Assembly (NCBI RefSeq): GCF_001481685.1
Contig: NZ_CP006867.1
Coordinates: forward strand, 540,001-572,000
Source of the DNA: Ignicoccus islandicus DSM 13165
GTDB taxonomy: Archaea > Thermoproteota > Thermoprotei_A > Sulfolobales > Ignicoccaceae
Reading direction: 5' to 3'
DNA length: 32,000 nucleotides
Position 1 is the stretch's first letter; the number at the start of each line of letters is the position of its first letter. The notes under the pieces were generated by a model, which saw only the letters and a list, made by a program, of their open reading frames with translations, was not told where the DNA came from and did not search any database. The position numbers and the translations under genes are program-made. Positions 24,892-32,000 of this stretch are shown here, one piece after another.

Positions 24892-25193
24892 AATTCAAGT
24901 ATGAGTCGTACTTTTACCTTGTCCTTGCTAAAGTAAGGTACTTTATCACCTAAGTTAACAACGAACCTAACTGGCATACCAAGAGAGTCTCGAATACTTA
25001 CTTCAGCCATGTATTGAGGATGGGGTTCTTCTTCCAAAGTTTTTGTGACACTTTCCATGATCTTCTCCATCAATATCTGGAAGGATAACGGACTATTCAA
25101 ATCCTCTGGTGTTATATCTAGCCTCATGATTGGAATATTAAGTTTTCTTATTCTAGCCTCTCCTTCAAGTGTCGCTACGTATCGTTCGCTCAA
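24864..25193 (-). CDS. hypothetical protein, 109 aa (or 87 aa from the internal ATG), downstream of Alba
   Basis: ORF track. TTG start. Acidic with ordinary composition. Same strand as albA, 77 nt downstream of it. No family recognised. Confidence 0.5.
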   Translation of the reverse strand: MSERYVATLEGEARIRKLNIPIMRLDITPEDLNSPLSFQILMEKIMESVTKTLEEEPHPQYMAEVSIRDSLGMPVRFVVNLGDKVPYFSKDKVKVRLILEFYEEEDLER

Positions 25194-25270
25194 AGATACG
25201 CACCGAGGACATACATGTTACGCCAAGGGGCATTAAATGTTTTGCCAAGAAAAATATTTGTTCAATCGTA

Positions 25271-25567
25271 TTACTTGTTTACCTTCTCGATTACTATATC
25301 AATGGTGCTAATCCTGCTTTGCCTTCCTTCGGCACTGGTTACGGTTTGACTTCCAATCCTGACCTCGGCTACCCTTATTTGACCGGGTAGGAACCTGTTC
25401 CTGACTATCTCTACGGTATCTACGGCCTTGCTGATTGCCTTTCCTCTCGCCTTGATCTCTACTCTGTCTACACCTTGGTTCAGTAGAGTTAGAGTTGCCA
25501 ATACGTAGTTCATTACGGGCTTCTTACCAACTCTTACCTCGTTGCTTTGGGGTGCTTGCACACTCAC
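25271..25567 (-). CDS. albA: chromatin/RNA-binding protein Alba (Sac10b family)
   Basis: [20 protein letters not shown]...[21 protein letters not shown] is the Alba signature. 98 aa. Confidence 0.95.
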   Translation of the reverse strand: MSVQAPQSNEVRVGKKPVMNYVLATLTLLNQGVDRVEIKARGKAISKAVDTVEIVRNRFLPGQIRVAEVRIGSQTVTSAEGRQSRISTIDIVIEKVNK

Positions 25568-25694
25568 ACCGATTCACCGACCTCAACTCTCTTGATGGGG
25601 TATAAAAAAGTTATTGATATACTGTCCTCTAGTCTACACCAACACCGATTTTTCTAAATGCGGTTTGAATAGCTTAAACTGGGGTTAATATCAA

Positions 25695-26771
25695 ATGAAA
25701 CTGGACGGTATTATACTAGCAGCAGGTAAAGGTACACGTTTAAGACCTATAACTTTTTCGATACCAAAACCACTAATTCCAATAATGGGTCGACCTATAG
25801 TTGGTTATGGCATAGAGCAACTCAAGAAACTTGGTATAAAAGAGATAACAATGGTAGTTGGATGGCTCCATGAAGTCTTCGAAGAGGTCTTAGGAAATGG
25901 TGAAAGGTTCGGTATTAAAATAAAATATGTACTACAAGAGAAACGCTTAGGTATAGCACATGCAATTAACTTAGCACTTACGGAAGGAGATATTAATAAC
26001 CCTTTTCTCGTATACTTAGGTGACAACGTCCTTAACGATTCGTGGATAAACAACTTCAAGAACGTGTTTAAAGACTACGACTCTATAATATTCTTAGCTA
26101 GAGTTAAGGATCCGAGAAGGTTCGGTGTAGCTATAATTAAGGATGACAGAGTTGTAGGTTTTATTGAAAAACCAAAGGTACCTCCTTCGGACCTAGCTCT
26201 AGTTGGTTTATATTACTTTAAGGACCCAGAGGATTTCAGGAAGTGTTACTCGACACTTAAACCGAGCTGGAGAGGAGAATACGAAATCACGGACATCATT
26301 AACTGCTATATAAGGAGAGGACTGAACATCGGATACATAGTTATTGACGGATGGTGGAAAGATACTGGGAAACCGGAGGACTTGATTGATGCAATGATGA
26401 TAATAATGGATAATTACTTGGATCGTAGTCAAATAAAAGGTGAGGTTAACGGTGAAGTTTACGGCCGAGTTATAGTAGAGGAAGGTGCTATTGTAAACGG
26501 AAAAGTCTATGGACCTGCATACATAGGTAAAGGCGTATATGTTTCGGAAAATACCGTAATAGAGCATTACGTAGATTTAGAAAAGGATGTGAAAATCGAT
26601 GGCGGACACGTAACTAGATCTCTTGTACTGGACTCATCCACATTTAAATTAGGGCGTTCTAGGTTAATAGATTCAATAATAGGTCCTTACTCAGATATAT
26701 CAGTAAGTCACGACCTGCGACTGAAACTTAAGCTTACTGCATCTCAAGAAAGTAAAATATTTATTGACTGA
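25695..26771 (+). CDS. sugar-1-phosphate nucleotidyltransferase (RmlA/GlmU-like N-domain plus C-terminal left-handed beta-helix)
   Basis: ILAAGKGTRLRPIT.S.PKPL signature, YLGDN and EKP blocks. The C-terminal third has hexapeptide-like repeats (GEVNGEVYGRVIVEEGAIVNGKVYGPAYIGKGVYV). Confidence 0.88.
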   Translation: MKLDGIILAAGKGTRLRPITFSIPKPLIPIMGRPIVGYGIEQLKKLGIKEITMVVGWLHEVFEEVLGNGERFGIKIKYVLQEKRLGIAHAINLALTEGDINNPFLVYLGDNVLNDSWINNFKNVFKDYDSIIFLARVKDPRRFGVAIIKDDRVVGFIEKPKVPPSDLALVGLYYFKDPEDFRKCYSTLKPSWRGEYEITDIINCYIRRGLNIGYIVIDGWWKDTGKPEDLIDAMMIIMDNYLDRSQIKGEVNGEVYGRVIVEEGAIVNGKVYGPAYIGKGVYVSENTVIEHYVDLEKDVKIDGGHVTRSLVLDSSTFKLGRSRLIDSIIGPYSDISVSHDLRLKLKLTASQESKIFID

Positions 26772-26846
26772 AGTCTTCCGTACGACTACTTTCGATCCAC
26801 ACTGCCACGTTCATTTACACTCACATCAATTCTTGGGTAATGGTCC

Positions 26847-28142
26847 ATGAACGCAAAGACTCTGTTAGTGGTCGTTTCATTATTAATTCTAGCCCTCTCT
26901 GAAAACATGGCCTTTGGACCCTCCGAAGTACTACTTAAGGAAATATCCTTCCTCAATGAGACAATTAAACCATGTGGTACGTGGACTACGTGCTCAGTTG
27001 CATACGCCAGCGACGTAACTGTTGACATTCAATCTATACTTGCCGGGGCCCTATACCCATTAGATGTCAATCCTCTAAGGTCATATTTAGTGCTTTTTGA
27101 CAGCGTTATTGATTCAAACAGGGACTTGATATCCCAAATACCCATATTACCTCCTCAGCAGGGCCGAAATGAGCCGGAAGTATTTACGTTTCTACCGGCC
27201 CTACTTTTTCTATCATTTGGATATGATTATTCTCAGTCCAAGTTGGTAAGATTATTCGAACAATGGATCCTTGCCAGTTTTTCGAATATTGGTGTAAGAT
27301 TCTATTCAGATGAAATGCGCTCGTACGTTTACGGTAGTGGAATAAAATACGACTTATTCCCGACGCTACTTTCCTTAACTTTGAGCTTCAAGAGTGCGCA
27401 AAGAGATGGTATCTTAAATGGAACTAAATACAAGTCTCTGCTCACTAAGGACTTCTGGAGCGAGTACATACAGTGGATTGAAAACACACCAAGTGAGTCA
27501 CCATACTACCTAAGGCAACTACCGAGAGGGTTAGCTATACTTGCTGCAATACCATATGAGGAACTTAGAGGGATCTGTGAAAAAGTTGTGAAAACCGATT
27601 TTGATAATATATATAGAGAATATGAGAATGGGGAATTAATTTCTAATGAAGATACTAATTACTTGGCAGCCATAGGAATAGCTATTAAGTGGTGCAACGA
27701 TAAATATAACATTTTCAATTCCCAAAAACTTGAAAAGGTCCTTCAGTGGATCTACCTTTCAATAATACACCTACAAAATGGAGTTTTGACTTATAGTCCG
27801 TTAGTATATGGAATTTATGAAATTCTAAATGGAATGAATAGTACTATACGGTTCGTACTAGACCCTCATTCTTCTCTTAAAAATTTTGTAGAAAAGAGAA
27901 AAAGAGTGTTAGGGAACCTATCCTCGAGTACTTCAAATGTAACCACTCTGAAGATCTCAAATGAAACATTGATAATATCTACAATAACGTTAGTAACTAC
28001 CTTAGAGAAAGAAGCAAACGTCACATCTCTATTCTTCACAGATACGGAGAGTCAAGAAACTACAACTGTTTACGAAGTACCTGCCCCTTACCTCTTGTTT
28101 ACGATGATTCCGATTTTGAGGAGACGTTCATCTCGATCCTAA
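26847..28142 (+). CDS. secreted, C-terminally membrane-anchored, probably N-glycosylated protein of unknown function, 431 aa
   Basis: Signal-like N-terminus MNAKTLLVVVSLLILALS. At least seven N-x-S/T sequons. Ser/Thr-rich stalk. C-terminal hydrophobic helix YLLFTMIPIL followed by RRRSSRS. Confidence 0.7.
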   Translation: MNAKTLLVVVSLLILALSENMAFGPSEVLLKEISFLNETIKPCGTWTTCSVAYASDVTVDIQSILAGALYPLDVNPLRSYLVLFDSVIDSNRDLISQIPILPPQQGRNEPEVFTFLPALLFLSFGYDYSQSKLVRLFEQWILASFSNIGVRFYSDEMRSYVYGSGIKYDLFPTLLSLTLSFKSAQRDGILNGTKYKSLLTKDFWSEYIQWIENTPSESPYYLRQLPRGLAILAAIPYEELRGICEKVVKTDFDNIYREYENGELISNEDTNYLAAIGIAIKWCNDKYNIFNSQKLEKVLQWIYLSIIHLQNGVLTYSPLVYGIYEILNGMNSTIRFVLDPHSSLKNFVEKRKRVLGNLSSSTSNVTTLKISNETLIISTITLVTTLEKEANVTSLFFTDTESQETTTVYEVPAPYLLFTMIPILRRRSSRS

Positions 28143-28170
28143 AGCCAGATTTTTAATAATAAATCAAGAG

Positions 28171-28581
28171 TTACTTGCCGCCACCTCTTATTCTCATTAT
28201 TTTGTATACATTAGGTGGTAATATCCAATACTCAACTTCAACTCCGGGCTCAAGCTTACTCTTTATCTCTTCTTCCTCTGGGAGGGGTACTTCGAATGTA
28301 TCGTAGCTCTCCATATCCATTAGTTGAACACTATCACCGGTTACTGCAAGTACTTGTCCAACCCTCTTTTCTATTATAGGTACCTCGACTCTAGTATCAA
28401 CCGGTGCTACTAACGTTTTCTTGGAACCACTAAGTAAACTTATGGCAACTACGTTAGCTTTTGCACTACCATGTTTTCCTGTCTTCGCCTTGCTGATAGA
28501 GACTATCTTACAAGGTTCACCATCAATCATGATGAAGTTACCAACTTTCAATTCGCCAAGCGTTGCATACGTCTTTGACAT
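28171..28581 (-). CDS. eif5a: translation initiation factor 5A (aIF5A)
   Basis: Hypusination loop [16 protein letters not shown]. 136 aa. SH3-like N-domain plus OB C-domain pattern. Confidence 0.95.
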   Translation of the reverse strand: MSKTYATLGELKVGNFIMIDGEPCKIVSISKAKTGKHGSAKANVVAISLLSGSKKTLVAPVDTRVEVPIIEKRVGQVLAVTGDSVQLMDMESYDTFEVPLPEEEEIKSKLEPGVEVEYWILPPNVYKIMRIRGGGK

Positions 28582-28655
28582 GATTGATCACCGATGAGTA
28601 GTAGGGACGTGGAATAATTATAAATGAACCTATGATCTCTATTTACTGCGGCACA

Positions 28656-28699
28656 CCCACTTGACGCCATCTCGAAAATAGATGGTGGATGAAAGTGGG
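28656..28699 (+). ncRNA. kink-turn (K-turn) hairpin, candidate L7Ae-binding small RNA element
   Basis: CCCACTT-GA-CGCCATCT-[CGAAAAT]-AGATGGTG-GAT-GA-AAGTGGG. This gives a 7-bp helix, tandem G.A/A.G, a 3-nt bulge on one strand only, and an 8-bp helix with a 7-nt loop. The motif exists only on the + strand. Confidence 0.4.
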
Positions 28700-28832
28700 G
28701 GCTAGATTGGCCTCTGATAGAAACATCAAAGCTTTGTCTGTATTGTAATTAAAGTCAGCTCAAAATTAGTATCGTAATGCTTTAAAAACTAGAAGAAAGG
28801 CTTTCGTTTCAATTATGGTTACATATCTACAT

Positions 28833-28841
28833 ATAAAAATT
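28833..28841 (-). terminator. oligo-T tract (T5 on minus strand) about 25 nt after the uL10/P0 stop
   Basis: Minus strand reads AACAATTTTTATATG downstream of stop 28862-28864. No further ORF follows on this strand before aIF5A. Confidence 0.4.
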
Positions 28842-28861
28842 GTTTCTGATAGATATTTAGT

Positions 28862-29905
28862 TTATCCGAAGAGCGCTCCGAGGCCGGCGCTTAGATCCTC
28901 TTCAGATACTTCCTTCTTTTCCTCTTCCTCCTCCTCTTTTTGTTCCTCCTTCTCTTGAGTTGTGCTAACTGGTTGCGTAGCTTGTATATTTGAAATCTCT
29001 ATTCCTAGTTCCTTCGCTAAGTCACCAAGCTGAGATGCTAACGCATAGGCTTGGGCCTGGGCCTTTGACATTAGGTAAGGCGCCGACTCCTTTGTCAACC
29101 ACGCACTTTCTACAGCTAACTTTAAGGCGTTCTGCATGGCCTTTGTGAGGCTTAGTTCGAGTACCTCTGGAACGGGGTAAGCTATCTCTGCACCAAGTTT
29201 CAATGCATTCAGATATGCTTCCATTAGTTCCTTCTTGTAGCTTTCGATGTCAAGTAATAGTTCGGATGCTGGTACCCATCTACCGAGGGACTTTATGTAA
29301 GCTCCCTTTAATTTCAATTTAATTTCTACTGGTGTAATACCTAAGGTCATCAATACGCTCACTAACTCGGGTGAGATTACATCGCCCGGTTTGGCTACTA
29401 CGGTATCCTTCGCAATATGTATAGTTCCGCCTTTTACCATAGTCTTTATCTTCAATTTTCCAAAGGTTGAAAGCATTGGACCGGGCTTCAAACCGGTATC
29501 CATTGCTGGAATGACTATTTCGGTCTCCGCAATATCGCCGGGCTTGGGGTAACCTGGTACGGAGAATTTTGATATCTTTAGAGCCACAAGGAAGGGGTTC
29601 TCGTCAGTTGCTATGAATAGGTTAGTACCAGTAAGCGCTTCATCCATTTCCTTTGGCAATTCTATGTTCGATTTTTCGAAAGCCTTACGGACAATGTTGT
29701 TCTTTAAAGTTCTTATATATTCTAGCTCTTTCCTGTACTTCTTCCTGAATTTGTGAACAACATTCGCTGGTGTCTTAGTTAGATCTACTACAAGGAAAAC
29801 ATCGTGTTTACTTAGTTGCTCTGCCACTTCGTTTAGCATTCTGACTTTCCATTCGGGATATCGTTCTCTAACTTGCGCTCTGGTAAAGCTTTCGACCGCG
29901 CTCAT
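28862..29905 (-). CDS. rplP0: 50S ribosomal stalk protein uL10 (P0)
   Basis: 347 aa. Position after uL1. C-terminal acidic stalk tail EEQKEEEEEEKKEVSEEDLSAGLGALFG. Confidence 0.95.
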   Translation of the reverse strand: MSAVESFTRAQVRERYPEWKVRMLNEVAEQLSKHDVFLVVDLTKTPANVVHKFRKKYRKELEYIRTLKNNIVRKAFEKSNIELPKEMDEALTGTNLFIATDENPFLVALKISKFSVPGYPKPGDIAETEIVIPAMDTGLKPGPMLSTFGKLKIKTMVKGGTIHIAKDTVVAKPGDVISPELVSVLMTLGITPVEIKLKLKGAYIKSLGRWVPASELLLDIESYKKELMEAYLNALKLGAEIAYPVPEVLELSLTKAMQNALKLAVESAWLTKESAPYLMSKAQAQAYALASQLGDLAKELGIEISNIQATQPVSTTQEKEEQKEEEEEEKKEVSEEDLSAGLGALFG

Positions 29906-29911
29906 GGTTCA

Positions 29912-30568
29912 TCACCTTCTAACTGCTATAAATGGGGGACCCATAGTCGTTTTTATTATAACCTTACTAACTTGATGTTGCGCGTTGGGTAGCTTCCTTT
30001 CTAATGCTTGAAGCACAGCATAAGCGTTCTCGGCAAGCTCTTTTACATCCATATCCTTGGTGCCTATTCTACACATCACTTGCGGCTGTTTCCTAATCCT
30101 TATGTTCACGGATTTCTTATATTTCTCTATTAGATTTTGAAGAGGTGCATTAGGAGGCACCGGTATAGGAGCCTTTCCTCGTGGACCTAAGGCTGGACCT
30201 AATACCTTACCAGCGAGACCCATTAGATCGACCTTTACTAAGACCCAGTCACAAGTACTGGCCAATTTCTTAGCTCGTTTCTTATCCATGTTTTGAAGTT
30301 CCTCGCGCGTGATTACATTAACACCTAGTTTCTGGGCAGTTAACGCCATTTCACCATCGGCGACCACGCAAATATTGACATCTTTATGAGGTTGGTATGG
30401 TAGTTCAACTACTTCTCTAATTCTTCCCTCTGGACCTTTCAAGTCTATGTCCTTTAGGACCACTATCATTTCAACTGACTCGAGAAAGTTCCTCTTCGGC
30501 GATTTTTCTATGGCATCCTTTACAGCAGTTTCAATCCATTCTAACTCGGCACTCACGGTTCTTTTCAC
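29912..30568 (-). CDS. rpl1: 50S ribosomal protein uL1
   Basis: 218 aa. Blocks F.ESVE....LK.IDLK, GK.LGPRGK.P and an IK.T.GPP-type C-terminus. Operon context. Confidence 0.95.
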   Translation of the reverse strand: MKRTVSAELEWIETAVKDAIEKSPKRNFLESVEMIVVLKDIDLKGPEGRIREVVELPYQPHKDVNICVVADGEMALTAQKLGVNVITREELQNMDKKRAKKLASTCDWVLVKVDLMGLAGKVLGPALGPRGKAPIPVPPNAPLQNLIEKYKKSVNIRIRKQPQVMCRIGTKDMDVKELAENAYAVLQALERKLPNAQHQVSKVIIKTTMGPPFIAVRR

Positions 30569-30592
30569 CCGTTGTCAGTAACATTAAAGGGT

Positions 30593-31105
30593 TTAACTAA
30601 CTGATTCCCACTCTTCTTCATACTTGCTTAATACTTCATCATAAGCTCCTTCATCAGTTAATCGGGTAACTTCTTTTGGATCCTTACCATCTACAGTAAG
30701 TCCTATCGCTCTGGCAGTACCTAAAACTGTCTTGACTGCTCCCTTGAGAGTCTTAGCAGTCAGCTCGGGTGCTTTCAGTAGGGCAACTTCTATAACTTGC
30801 TCATAGGTTAAGTTACCTACTTTCTGATGTATTGGATCGCCAGATGGTTTGGAAGCTCCCGCTTTCTTCAATAACAAGTCCGTAATGTTTGGTGGAATTA
30901 TTTCTATTTCATATTCCTTGGTCTCCTCGTCTACGATTACCTTCACTGTCACTTCAAAGCCTTTATATCTCTTTGTCATTTCGTTTATTTTGTTAACAAC
31001 CTCCTCTACTGGTAATCCCACTGACTCTAAGGCAGGCTTTATTGGGGGTATAGGCTTCGCTTGCCCACCTTCAATCGTAAATGTCAGGGTCTTCTTAGGC
31101 ATCAC
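30593..31105 (-). CDS. rpl11: 50S ribosomal protein uL11
   Basis: [48 protein letters not shown]. Confidence 0.95.
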   Translation of the reverse strand: MMPKKTLTFTIEGGQAKPIPPIKPALESVGLPVEEVVNKINEMTKRYKGFEVTVKVIVDEETKEYEIEIIPPNITDLLLKKAGASKPSGDPIHQKVGNLTYEQVIEVALLKAPELTAKTLKGAVKTVLGTARAIGLTVDGKDPKEVTRLTDEGAYDEVLSKYEEEWESVS

Positions 31106-31109
31106 GTCT

Positions 31110-31547
31110 TCACCTCTTCACGGGCTTCACGTAATCCACAGGCACTGTGATTTGGAGGGGGTACGCAGCTTCTAAAATGTTAAGTACAACTTCGTTCTTT
31201 GAAGGATCCTTGAATTCAACTCTTGCTTTCATCCCTTTGAATGGACCTGCAACGAGTTCGACTATGTCTCCTACGTCTATGAGTTCTATTACTGGTGTTG
31301 GTCTTATTAACTTTACTACTTCGTCAACCTCCATTCTTCTACCTGGCCCTCCTCTCACGTCCCTTATTCCTCTAATGACCTCTAGTACTACGTAGGGTGC
31401 GGGCGCTTCAACTAAAACGAATCCTTTTAGACGAGGTGGTACTACAACTGACCTCACATCGAGTCTAGAAGACTTGGCACGACGTTCTATTATTAATGCA
31501 ACATCTATCTCTCTACCAGTAGTTGTTCGCACAGGATAGAACGGCAT
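31110..31547 (-). CDS. spt5: transcription elongation factor Spt5 (archaeal NusG): NGN plus KOW
   Basis: [16 protein letters not shown] start and KOW motif [18 protein letters not shown]. Conserved position between secE and rpl11. Confidence 0.92.
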   Translation of the reverse strand: MPFYPVRTTTGREIDVALIIERRAKSSRLDVRSVVVPPRLKGFVLVEAPAPYVVLEVIRGIRDVRGGPGRRMEVDEVVKLIRPTPVIELIDVGDIVELVAGPFKGMKARVEFKDPSKNEVVLNILEAAYPLQITVPVDYVKPVKR

Positions 31548-31560
31548 GAATATCCCACCT

Positions 31561-31767
31561 CTATTTAAATAGAAACATGACTGCTGTCGCTTTTATTAGG
31601 TACGATAATGTTCCAATCACTGCCATAGACAAGAACACTACTTTAATTATGGCATTGAACTCCTCTGGAGAGGGCTTAGACGCTTTCGCTAATATCGATC
31701 TCCATTCATAAATCATTTCTACAATCTTATTAATGTAATAACTAAACGATTTCAGCTTTACATCCAT
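31561..31767 (-). CDS. secE: preprotein translocase subunit SecE (Sec61 gamma)
   Basis: 68 aa. KPSPEEF followed by a single C-terminal TM VVFLSMAVIGTLSYLI. Conserved position upstream of spt5. Confidence 0.8.
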   Translation of the reverse strand: MDVKLKSFSYYINKIVEMIYEWRSILAKASKPSPEEFNAIIKVVFLSMAVIGTLSYLIKATAVMFLFK

Positions 31768-31770
31768 TCT

Positions 31771-32000
31771 CTAATCACTCCCCATAATTCTTTCCACTAA
31801 CCATTTAGGATCGAACCTTATCAAATCATCGTAACTTTGGCCTACGCCAAGATACATAACTGGTTTCTTGAGAGTAGCAATAACGCTCAAGGCGGCTCCT
31901 CCTTTTGCATCCGCATCGACCTTGGTTAGGATAATTGCGTCAATACCTACAGCTTCATCAAAGAATCTTGCTTGCTCGAGAGCGTCATTACCCGTAAGGG
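31771..32000 (-). CDS. ftsY: signal recognition particle receptor FtsY, C-terminal 76 codons (N-terminus off window)
   Basis: Not in the track (open at the edge). My translation gives [75 protein letters not shown]-stop, the SRP-GTPase G4/G5 region (TKxD, GG.alS, G.GQ...DL..F). FtsY is preferred over SRP54 because no M-domain follows. Confidence 0.85.
   Translation of the reverse strand, partial: LTGNDALEQARFFDEAVGIDAIILTKVDADAKGGAALSVIATLKKPVMYLGVGQSYDDLIRFDPKWLVERIMGSD

Noticed and set aside
26786-27028. Minus-strand 80-aa ORF over the start of the 431-aa exoprotein gene
   Set aside because: It is antisense to a gene with a good signal peptide, has no upstream signals, and its composition is unremarkable. 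Treated as a chance ORF.
28631-28717. C/D sRNA reading: C-like TATGATC at 28631-37, internal TTGA/GGATGA as D'/C', and D box CTGA at 28714-17
   Set aside because: Guide spacings would be about 22 and 20 nt instead of about 12. The C-like box has two mismatches, including the G that must pair with the D-box C. No terminal stem with a 3-nt bulge can be drawn.
28638-28725. H/ACA guide RNA reading of the K-turn hairpin: lower stem 28638-43 with 28716-21, then ACA at 28723-25
   Set aside because: The putative pocket strands would be 12 and 16 nt. The base of the upper stem would lie about 22 nt from ACA instead of the about 14-16 nt rule. The 6-bp AU-rich lower stem also starts upstream of the most likely transcription start.
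1-32000. CRISPR arrays, IS elements, integrases, toxin-antitoxin pairs or known defence operons
   Set aside because: I found no regularly spaced direct repeats, no terminal inverted repeats flanking an ORF, and no transposase, integrase, nuclease or Cas-like motifs in any listed ORF. The gene content is overwhelmingly housekeeping.

Overview
This is a gene-dense core-chromosome segment from an archaeon of crenarchaeal (TACK) type. Supporting signs are Alba, aIF5A, the Spt5-SecE-uL11-uL1-P0 block, RpoD/RpoN, and a bulge-helix-bulge tRNA intron. By eye the DNA is moderately AT-rich, with GC-rich islands only at structured RNAs, which is the hyperthermophile pattern. A class III (anaerobic) ribonucleotide reductase suggests an anaerobe. 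I support about 44 protein genes and 2 tRNA genes. I saw no rRNA, CRISPR array, transposase, integrase or recognisable defence genes.

Landmarks, in order:
- nrdD (partial), ABCE1, hisD, and a fused moaD-moaE.
- A stand-alone RAM-domain protein divergent from a MoxR-like AAA+ ATPase, then CstA.
- A translationally coupled three-gene module built around a divergent ArsA/Get3-like ATPase.
- An ASCH protein, tRNA-Glu(UUC), tRNA-Tyr(GUA) with a 66-nt intron, TrkH, and an Lhr-type helicase.
- The minus-strand operon uS13-uS4-uS11-RpoD-eL18-uL13-uS9-RpoN-uS2.
- ITPase, Bud32, hisA, Alba, a sugar nucleotidyltransferase, a glycosylated anchored exoprotein, and aIF5A.
- FtsY (partial)-SecE-Spt5-uL11-uL1-uL10(P0), which ends without the expected P1/L12 gene.

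Most of the window is ordinary housekeeping DNA.

Items worth a second look:
- A textbook kink-turn hairpin on the strand opposite all its neighbours (28656-28699).
- A GC-rich island with mutually exclusive hairpins (22518-22592).
- The unusually long structured tRNA-Tyr intron.
- The ArsA/Get3-like membrane module.
- The MoaD-MoaE fusion.
- A uS13 gene whose conserved N-terminus lies upstream of any canonical start codon.

All calls come from reading and translating the sequence by eye, plus family motifs recalled from memory. No database search or folding program was run.
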